20,000 nucleotides of DNA from Ancylonema sp. Taxonomy: Eukaryota. The DNA lies in assembly GCA_050230475.1 (NCBI GenBank), contig JBFLGF010000178.1, positions 51,006 through 71,005 of the forward strand, written 5' to 3'. A program made the translations under genes and the position numbers. Positions 1 through 7,314 of the stretch are shown here, piece by piece; the first letter of the stretch is position 1; every line of letters begins with the position of its first letter. The notes under the pieces were generated by a model. The model saw nothing but the letters and a program-made list of their open reading frames with translations, was not told the DNA's origin and searched no databases.

Positions 1-1
1 G

Positions 2-145
2 ATCGAGCAAGCCCTGGGACGACTTGTGGGTTACACAGCTTATGGTCACATCAGCGACGCCATGAGCGCTTCTCATCTAGGCCACATGATGGATGGACGA
101 CTCATCATGTTCCTGGCGGAAATCCTCCAGGGCACCAAACCATAG
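2..145 (+). pseudogene. C-terminal end (motifs IX-X) of a C5 cytosine DNA methyltransferase domain, retroelement-type, truncated by the window start
   Basis: Frame +2 reads IEQALGRLVGYTAYGHISDAMSASHLGHMMDGRLIMFLAEIL. It aligns without gaps to ERLMGFDNGDTCARGISENTRKAMLGRTMGCSMARWLGGIL of the 11940-12521 ORF (12/41 identities, pattern E...G...G.T....IS.......LG..M.......L..IL). Confidence 0.6.
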
Positions 146-1045
146 GGATCACCCCTCACTTCGGAACAAAGATGTTTACCAACCTCAACTCTGGGGGGGA
201 GGGACACTAGATCCTCTAGACAACATATTTCAACCAATTCTGTCCAACCACACGGACGGGACAAATCCAAATCCAAAGTCAACAGTCAAAACCAAACTAC
301 GGGCAAACCCACTCCAATCAAAAGTCAACAAAAAAAATTAGGACCTAACATGGTATCGAAACCCGGCCCACGATCACGGTCCTCAAATTCAGCCAAACCA
401 ACCAAATTAAGGCCTAAATACTCATTGGTCAAACTTGATCCTTCTCGTCCACGACATTCTGGTCTCTGGTCCTTACCTGGTCAACAAAGTAACACTCGGA
501 ATCACCCTACAACCATCTCAGACCTACCAAACATCACTTGGATATCAAACCAACCAAGACGATAATCTCACCCAACATCTCATGCTGCCTCTTACCACAC
601 GAGGAAACACCATCAAAAACAGCATGAAGATTTCTCTTTCATCAACCACACTCTTCAATACCAACCATCGGAACCTACTTCAGTACCACCTGTACAATTA
701 CATTGTTATTTATCACCATATTCTACCTCACTATCCACACTCTCGGATTCTCTCAGCATACCCGATAGTCTACCCGACTTGCTGGAAGTACCATCTTCTC
801 CTGAACATACCGTTTATACATATTTGGATGATTCTACCATTCCTACTTATACCTAGGGATCTGCACCTGACCCTGATGCACTGTTCGCATTATTAAACAC
901 AAGATTACCTACCACTGGTGATCATCCCTGTTCTGTCACTCAACCACGGCATACTTTTGTCATGTTCTTATACAACCTCGTCTGCTCCTGTTTCCCAACT
1001 CCTTCACAAGCGTTCCACAGCTGGGGGGGGGGAGTTAGAGCAACC

Positions 1046-1229
1046 GGACCACCAAGTCCACCTGAGACCCTTCGATCACCTACGAACATCATCGATACCA
1101 ATCCTGTCGACAACATCACTACACCACCGCGTGCATTACCACATGCATCATTTTGAGAAACATCCGGGAACAAAGGGAACAAAGTATGAAGAATATCATT
1201 TTAGGCGGCCAACTCCAAACAGCACGTCA
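1046..1229 (+). repeat. 184-bp direct repeat, copy 1
   Basis: GGACCACCAAGTCCACCTGAG...CAGCACGTCA recurs at 2379-2562 with 9 substitutions and no indels (about 95% identity). Confidence 0.95.
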
Positions 1230-2378
1230 GCTGTCATGACGCTGGAGATCGCTGAGGCGAAACCCCTCTAGATTGATGTAACGAGTAACGAGAGTATTCG
1301 ATACAACGATCTTATAGAACTAGTACTTTACAAGAAAAATAGTGAAGTACGAGATTTGTACGACTCGAAAATAACGCGTGGCGTATTTTCCGAAGTCTAG
1401 AATCCAGCAGTCTTCAACAAATAGCTGCGTGTCGGTTTTGTTGAAATCACAAGTCTCTTTCGACTTGTCAATAATCCCGGCAAATAAATTCAGTCGTAGA
1501 ACTAGAGGAATATCTTGCGCCGTTTTCATCGGAGCGCCCATATTAATTGTAATGTTCTAGAAGCCAGCCTGTCGCTATCTTCGACAGTTTAACTCTAGTT
1601 AACTCTGCCGGTAAGCACCGCGCAACAACTTTGTGATAAAAGTCAAATTGTACTTTCAGATCTGCCAGCTTACGCAGTCAGATTGCGTTGTTAAGAAATC
1701 CCTTCCAACAATCTTTTGTGTTATCTGAATCCTTCCAATTCTATGAATATTGCATCCCTTCGCATACGCGACTTCGCAACGTGCTCGTCTTTCGCGTCTC
1801 AGCCTGACATCCGTCTCCAGACGGTAAGTTTGCAAATCATTCTTTGCAATCTGTGTGTGTGTGTGTATTTGATCTGATTCATCTGAATCTCTTGGAGCCA
1901 ACTTCTGTATCGACTGTAATTTCTTACATCGATTCGCTGACGCTCTCTCTGAGCCAGCAAGTGTGCGTGTGTGTGTTAAACATTTGTCGATTTGCCCGCG
2001 TTCGCTCCGAACCGGCACTTTCATTTGTGTGTGTGTATGTGTTTGTTGTCGCTCGCTCCGAGCCAGCATTTGTTGTAAACACCTGTCTGCTGACGCTCTT
2101 TTTGAGCCAGCATCTTTTATCGACGCGCCGTCGATAAGTAACTCTTACGGCTGCTAACCTTGATAGTCTGCTCCCGACTATCTTGTTTGTTTGCTAGTCT
2201 GGTGCAGACTATCAAGTTTGCTTAAAGTATTTTGACAGACTTTTGTACTATAAACCATCTGTTAGCTCGCCCTTGGCGTTAAGTAGTGAATTTCATTGGA
2301 TCGCTCAGACGTGTGATAGATATAATATTGATATCTCAGCAGAGACCCAATCTGCAATACTACTTAGTGAGAGAAGCT
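1230..2378. mobile_element. Unclassified 1.15-kb insert (LTR-like or other TE non-coding piece) between the 184-bp repeats
   Basis: Composition changes abruptly. It starts near TGTCATG, has AGCTG at both junctions, and contains repeated modules (CTGACGCTCT..TGAGCCAGCA x2, TCGCTCCGA.CC.GCA x2, (TG)n runs) plus an inverted repeat at 2159-2216. No credible ORF. Confidence 0.35.
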
Positions 2379-2562
2379 GGACCACCAAGTCCACCTGAGA
2401 CCCTTCGATCACCTACGAACATCATCGATACCAATCTAGTCGACATCATCACTACACCACCGCGTGCATTACCACATGCAACATTCTGAGAAACATCCGG
2501 GAATGAAGGGAACAAAGTATGAAGAATATAATTTTAGGCGGCCGACTCCAAACAGCACGTCA
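2379..2562 (+). repeat. 184-bp direct repeat, copy 2
   Basis: About 95% identical to 1046-1229. Confidence 0.95.
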
Positions 2563-2976
2563 ATCTTATCCGGTGCGCTAGAATATTATAGGAGCTTTTT
2601 ACTCCCAAGGGAGATAGCCTACTCGGCGACAATCTCTAAATCAAATACTCCAATCATCTAAACATTTTGCATATCCTGCACTTCTGTTATATGCCTCTCG
2701 TGATTCCTACATGTCTTCCTTGCATCGAGAACAACGAGACATCTAGTATGCTAGAAGCGATAAGCGAGAAGCGTGGTCGAGTTACCCTTGAGGCGAGAAG
2801 CGTTCCTTGCAACGGGGAAGGCAGAAAGTCAGCGAGTCAGGTGAATCCTTCCACATAGGAAAGTGGCAGAGGTCAGAAGACAGAAGGGCCGACGGATAGG
2901 CCAAGGACGCAAGAAGCGAGAAGCGAGTGAGATGTACCTGAACACAACCTGAACCAGAATACGGACCAGATTCAGA

Positions 2977-3376
2977 TCAACTTTTTGGCCATCTCAACCT
3001 ATCACTTGAGGGGGGGCAGGGGGGAGAGAAGTGGGAGAGGGGGAGGGGGGAGGGGGGAGAGTGGTGGGAGGGGGATGTGGTGCGTAAGCGGAATCGGCTA
3101 TTATTTCGATTTCAATCGGCATACCCACCGGAATGGGACAAGGAAGAGGCGGACAACCGTGCGACAGAGGCAGAAGCTGAAGAGAAGGAGGAGAGAAGAC
3201 TATGGGAGTTTATCATAGAAGGCGACGCACATGCGCTTCACGCCCTTCCTAGCCAAGCTAGTAAGGGGGGGGAACTCCTCGGGGCGCAACTCAAGGGTGG
3301 GAGGGAGGTGGGGCAGAGGATAGAAGAGCTGGAGGTGATAAACCAAGTTACGAAGTTAGGAGAAAAAGAAGAGAAG

Positions 3377-3409
<33 letters not shown>

Positions 3410-5738
3410 AGAGGAATCCTAGAGGGGAAAGGCGCAGAAACCCACCTCCTCAGAAGCCTTCATGCGAGAGAGCAGCCACCCCTCCACGTCCTTCACCTCC
3501 GTTGGCCCACGGTAATACGCCACCTGGCGTCGTGCTCCCACCCCCCCCTTCCCAGACTCCATTTTCACCAAAAGCAGCATCCCATCCCCAGCAGGCGACG
3601 GCCACACCCACTTCTCCGCCCGATCCGCCCCCACACCCGCCAGTAGCCAATGGCAGGAAGAGGGCAGGAGGTCGCGCCACCTCATCCTCCCACAGACCCT
3701 GCCTCTCTCTGCCGGGTTGGGGAGCAGTTGGTGGCAGAAGGGGCGCTGCAGCTGGGAGTCCACCCACGGGATTGGACAGAACGCATCACCTGAACACCAG
3801 GCCAGGGGGGTAGGGGGGGGTGGCAGCCAAGGGGGGGGGGGGGGGGACAAGAGGGTCTCACGGCGCGTGCGCTGTCGAGTTGGGGCGAGGGTGGGCCCAC
3901 CAACAGGGCGCTGAACCAGAGGGGGCAGGAGGGCAGGGTGGGGCGATGCCATCCCAGAGCAGTAGCGGACACGGAGCGCAGCTGAGGCAGCTCTGCACCC
4001 CAACCCCCCAACCCCCCCCAACCCCCTTCTCTCTCACATACTGGGATGCAGGGAAGGACCCTGACTGTGACGGGGGCAGGGGGGGGGGAACCCACGGTGG
4101 TGCTTGTTCCGTTCTAACAGGCGCCACAGATGATCACGATCCAGAATGCCTTGGTGGATTGTTGGCTGAGTGCCTGCCTCTTTTAATATGACAATGGAGG
4201 GAAGTGTTTTCACTCCCAGGCGCTGTGCCTGAAGGCATCCGATGCCGTTTTTCACGGCGGCCACGACAAAGAAGGCGCCAAACTGTGCCTCTGCCATTCG
4301 ATACAGCAAAGATACACGGGTAAAGATAGCTGACGTACCCAGTGTTATAAAATCTTCAATACTTTCTCCTATCAGATTTGGATTTTTAACTAATGTACAT
4401 GATCTACGTGGTCTTGGGGTCCTTTTACGAAAAACCCAAAAAATCTCTATAACTCCGCCCGGGTTACCGCCCGGGGGAGGCTCACCAGTGGCGGAAAGCG
4501 GGGCGGGATTTCGGGGCGGGGCCAACTATGTTGAGTATAGCGGCCGTCAGACCACGGACGTTCTAGCGAAACGTGGTCGTACGTGCCACCCAACCCCTCC
4601 CTCCCTCCTACCCTCCCTCCCTCCCTCCCTCCCACCCCAGTTTTACCACATCATCCGGGGCGAGTACGGGAGGGGTGGGCAGGTCAGGCAGTACCCAGGA
4701 CCACGGGGAGAGAGGCTCGGAAGGAAACCGCCTTCCCCCCCGACCACCTTTCTGCCAGCCTGGCAACCAACTCTCTCTGCTCGTGCACCTCCACCCGCCC
4801 CAACCGCACCCCACCCCCCACCTCCGCGGCTGCCCACCCTCGGGTCGAATTCAGCACCACATATTCCCCAGAACCACCCTCCCTGCTCTGCTTAGCCCCA
4901 GCCCCCCCCACCTAGGTCGTCCCACACAGGCCCAAATTCCCGCGACGCCTTCTCCCAATTCGTGTAGAACTGCATCACCACCCCCCAGCCCCCCAACCCC
5001 CTTTGAGCAGGCAGTGGGATGGGGACAGGGGCAGCGGGAGGCGTACCTGGATTAGCCAAACGTCGGCGGTCTCCATCACCAGGGGACCGAAATTTGTAAG
5101 AGTGAGAGTGGCGGTGACAGAGGGGATAGGTTCTGCACAGCAAGCAGTGACTGGTAAGCAGGGAGCTGGGAGTGTGGTGGGGGTAGAGGGGAGGGGGGAG
5201 GGCAGGGGGTTGCACTTGGAAGATGGTCGTCATCTGATGTAGGAGGGGGCTGGTAGGATGACGTGTAGCGCCGCTCACTCCCCTGCCAAAGGCAAGCAGT
5301 GAGTGAGCTCCAAGAGCCGTAGCCCAAATGGGATAGCAGTAGACGGGGGTACTGTACCTTGGGCTGCCCATCGAAGGCGGCCTTCTTGTCCGGATCCGAG
5401 AGAGTTTCGTAGGCGTTTTGGGTTTCTTGGAACCGCTCCTGTGCTCCAGCATCCTTGTTCTTGTCGGGATGCCACTTCCGTGCCGTGTCCTTGTGCGCCC
5501 TCCGGATTTCATATTGGCTCGCACCTCGCTGCACTCCAAGGACTGCATGGGGATGGAGGGGACGCAAAGAAGTTAGGCAGCTGGATTGGCGCTTGGATTT
5601 CTCTGGTTACTTACTGCGGTAGGGATCTTTGGGAGCGCGAGCCACTTCTGTCGTACTGGTTGCACAGACGGTAAGAAGGAAACAGAACAGCTTCACAAGG
5701 GCTCCAATTCTACAGAGTGATACGATCGAAGCACGCAT
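2977..5738 (-). CDS. Multi-exon ER-type DnaJ protein with thioredoxin-like domains (DNAJC16/ERdj8-like); possibly pseudogenised or locally mis-assembled
   Basis: Spliced reading gives a signal peptide, a J domain with HPD (DPYRILGVQRGAS...ARKWHPDKNK...AYETLSDPDKK), a TRX-like fold lacking CxxC (TLTLTNFGPLV..ADVWLIQFYTNW....EFGPVW), then PSIVILKEAGTQP..HQG, LPQLRSVSA, WVDSQLQRPFC, VAYYRGPTEVKDVEGWL and a hydrophobic C-terminal segment. GT-AG introns are phase-consistent. The 3' end is uncertain. Confidence 0.8.
3200..3328 (-). CDS. DNAJC16-like late exon ending at a TAG that precedes an in-frame hydrophobic segment
   Basis: Follows a T-rich intron with CTAAC and acceptor CCTCCAG. Reads LFYPLPHLPPTLELRPEEFPPLTSLARKGVKRMCVAFYDKLP*, then in frame SSLLLLFSFCLCRTVVRLFLVPFR. 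Confidence 0.6.
   Translation of the reverse strand, partial: LFYPLPHLPPTLELRPEEFPPLTSLARKGVKRMCVAFYDKLP
3446..3789 (-). CDS. DNAJC16-like exon containing an apparent frameshift at 3767-3768
   Basis: Acceptor GTTCAG. Reads VMRSVQS, then after 2 extra nt WVDSQLQRPFCHQLL...VAYYRGPTEVKDVEGWLLSRMKASEE. Donor GAG|GTGGGT. Confidence 0.65.
3862..3992 (-). CDS. DNAJC16-like exon (LPQLRS motif)
   Basis: Acceptor GGTGCAG. Reads QLPQLRSVSATALGWHRPTLPSCPLWFSALLVGPPSPQLDSARA. Donor GCC|GTGAGA. Confidence 0.8.
4096..4368 (-). CDS. DNAJC16-like internal exon (5' boundary uncertain)
   Basis: Reads ...VSLLYRMAEAQFGAFFVVAAVKNGIGCLQAQRLGVKTLPSIVILKEAGTQPTIHQGILDRDHLWRLLERNKHH. Donor C|GTGGGT at 4095. A phase-compatible acceptor CTGATAG sits at 4369, but coding may extend further upstream. 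Confidence 0.6.
4695..4829 (-). CDS. DNAJC16-like exon 6
   Basis: Acceptor TGGGCAG. Reads AAEVGGGVRLGRVEVHEQRELVARLAERWSGGKAVSFRASLPVVL. Probable donor G|GTACTG. Confidence 0.7.
4912..4969 (-). CDS. DNAJC16-like exon 5
   Basis: Acceptor GATGCAG. Reads FYTNWEKASREFGPVWDDL. Donor G|GTGGGG. Confidence 0.8.
5047..5132 (-). CDS. DNAJC16-like exon 4 (start of TRX-like domain)
   Basis: Acceptor TGTGCAG. Reads PIPSVTATLTLTNFGPLVMETADVWLIQ. Donor CAG|GTACGC. Confidence 0.8.
5216..5282 (-). CDS. DNAJC16-like exon 3 (linker)
   Basis: Acceptor TTTGGCAG. Reads GSERRYTSSYQPPPTSDDDHLP. The weak phase-1 donor A|GTGCAA is required to reach the frame of the next exon. Confidence 0.6.
5358..5542 (-). CDS. 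DNAJC16-like exon 2 (J domain, HPD motif)
   Basis: Acceptor CCCCATGCAG with a CTAAC branch site. Reads ILGVQRGASQYEIRRAHKDTARKWHPDKNKDAGAQERFQETQNAYETLSDPDKKAAFDGQPK. Donor AAG|GTACAG. Confidence 0.9.
5615..5738 (-). CDS. DNAJC16-like exon 1 (signal peptide, start of J domain)
   Basis: ATG at 5738 (alternative in-frame ATG at 5783). Reads MRASIVSLCRIGALVKLFCFLLTVCATSTTEVARAPKDPYR. Donor A|GTAAGT, phase 1. Confidence 0.8.
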
Positions 5739-6349
5739 CTCGAAGGCTGATGCACTACTAAAAAGAAACGATGCCGACCACATTTGCGGGGTCACATTGT
5801 AGTGACCTTACACGAACTTTTCACCTACAGTGCATTGGTGACGACCTTATCCACGACCAAATTCATATGGATTAGGCAGTACCAGCTGCGGGCCGTTGTC
5901 CACTTACATTAGTGAATGAGAACCCAGTCTGCCGGGGTAGTTGTTTCTTGTTTTTCCGTTTCCAGCTGTTGGGAAACTTCTTGACACCGCAAACGAGAAA
6001 GTGATGAACCATCATTCGACAGATGTTTGTAACTTACAAGGGTCTTCCGACAACGAGATAGACTGCTGCGGGACTCACGAGGGTGGTTTTGTCGAAATCA
6101 GTTTCTCGGGAAATCGAAGGGATTTGCTCCCACTCCTTTTAAAATTGCGCGAAAAGGGAGCTACATTAAACCCCGATATAAGAAAGACAGATTACCGGTA
6201 TATGAAGTACTTGTTGTAACGGATATTAATTATGAGAGAGAATCATAAAACAAGCACGATGACAACCCCTAAAAAACCCAACGAAGAAAAACCACACACC
6301 TAAAAAAACTTCCTTCCAAGGTTCCGCACATTCTAGGAGAACCGACCCA

Positions 6350-6487
6350 CAGTGCAGTCTTGATATAGTGACAATTTTACAGACATGGGGATTTAATGTC
6401 ACTATCTCGAATGCTAGGGCTGTCACTATACACTGTATAGTGACATTTGATAGGGCGACAACAGGCAAATGTCACTATATCGAGAGA
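6350..6487. mobile_element. Small pogo/Tc1-mariner-like MITE built from ATAGTGAC/GTCACTAT subrepeats
   Basis: The left end TCTTGATATAGTGACA matches the reverse complement of the right end TGTCACTATATCGAGA (15/16). A perfect internal 12-bp hairpin TGTCACTATACA-C-TGTATAGTGACA lies at 6421-6445. Confidence 0.65.
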
Positions 6488-6965
6488 AAGTGAAATTCAG
6501 GATATTTTTAACGGAGGTGGGTCATCTAAACGAAGAGTTTCCGAAAAGTGAACACAATGTGTCTAGCTTGGACATCAAGTAGGAGGGCACCAACGGGCTC
6601 GAAGAACGGCGCTGGCCCAAAAGTCTACAACAGCGGTCGCACGCGTGATAACGGTACCATGTTGGATAAACTTGGCGGCTATCGGCTAAGGTTTTATGGC
6701 TAGACATAGAATCCTAGGGAACCAATCACACCCAACCCTCACAAAGGCGGCTGACGACGACTTTGTGATCTCCGTAACTTAACAGAAGCTCGCAGAACAT
6801 TTTTCGCTACAACGGCAAACTTATCCACTCACGTCATAAAGGCTCCTACCCCTTTATAACGGTGCTGTACACCCGTTATAAGCACATGATGTAATTCACT
6901 GTGACAAATACACCGCATAAAAACGTGCGCACGCGAGTCCATGACGTCGGCGGAGGCAGGTGTTG

Positions 6966-7142
6966 TACAGTGCAGTCTTGATATGGTGACACACTGTACA
7001 GTGACAATCGCGATATAGTGAAAAAATTTTTGCCCTTTTTATAATCCTATATAAAAACCTGCTCTATATAGTGACAATCGCTATAGTGACACACGTTATA
7101 GTGACCAAAAATTCCCAGATTTTTGTATTGCGATGTCACTCT
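6966..7142. mobile_element. Related MITE copy, right end truncated by the next element
   Basis: Starts TA-CAGTGCAGTCTTGATATGGTGACA, nearly identical to the 6350 start, and carries multiple ATAGTGA(C) motifs. Confidence 0.6.
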
Positions 7143-7314
7143 ACGGTGAAACCTGTCTAAATTTATACTGTGAAAATAAATAACCTGTCTATTTTAAAGC
7201 ATAATATTCCGCTCGAATTGTTTTTAGCCAAAATGTGACGCGTTAATTAATAACCAGTCTCATTTCAATTTTTTTATGGTTCCAACATTAGTCATGTAGA
7301 CAGGTTTTACTACG
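7142..7314. mobile_element. pogo-like MITE
   Basis: TIRs GTGAAACCTGTCTA (7146-7159) and TAGACAGGTTTTAC (7297-7310) match 13/14. Internal TAACC(T/A)GTCT repeats. Confidence 0.6.

Larger units (their letters stand above)
2..1229 (+). mobile_element. Decayed long retroelement ORF: MTase end followed by a Ser/Thr/Pro-rich linker
   Basis: Frame +2 runs about 1.2 kb without a frameshift and joins track ORFs 350-565 and 962-1156. It is broken only by isolated stops (TAG143, TAA563, TAG854, TGA1154 and two more). The strand is C/A-rich. Confidence 0.5.

Noticed and set aside
1046..2562. Intact TRIM/LTR element with 184-bp LTRs
   Set aside because: The repeats lack TG..CA ends, PBS, PPT and TSD, and are in frame with the decayed ORF.
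3200..3202. TAG reassignment or a non-standard genetic code
   Set aside because: CCB1 terminates at its expected end with TAG, so TAG acts as a stop here.
3377..3406. Long poly-A as a retroposon tail
   Set aside because: It lies inside a GT-AG intron (3329-3445) of the minus-strand gene, with no TSD or element body.
3077..3646. 189-aa plus-strand ORF with a poly-Lys run
   Set aside because: It is the antisense shadow of DNAJC16-like exons; the poly-K comes from the intronic poly-T tract of the minus-strand gene.
3450..5674. Many overlapping Pro/Gly-rich ORFs on both strands
   Set aside because: They are expected from stop-poor G/C homopolymer sequence; only the spliced minus-strand frames give recognisable domains.
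5800..5880. ER-stress (ERSE/UPRE) element upstream of the DnaJ gene
   Set aside because: CCACG and ATTGG pieces exist, but not with canonical order or spacing.
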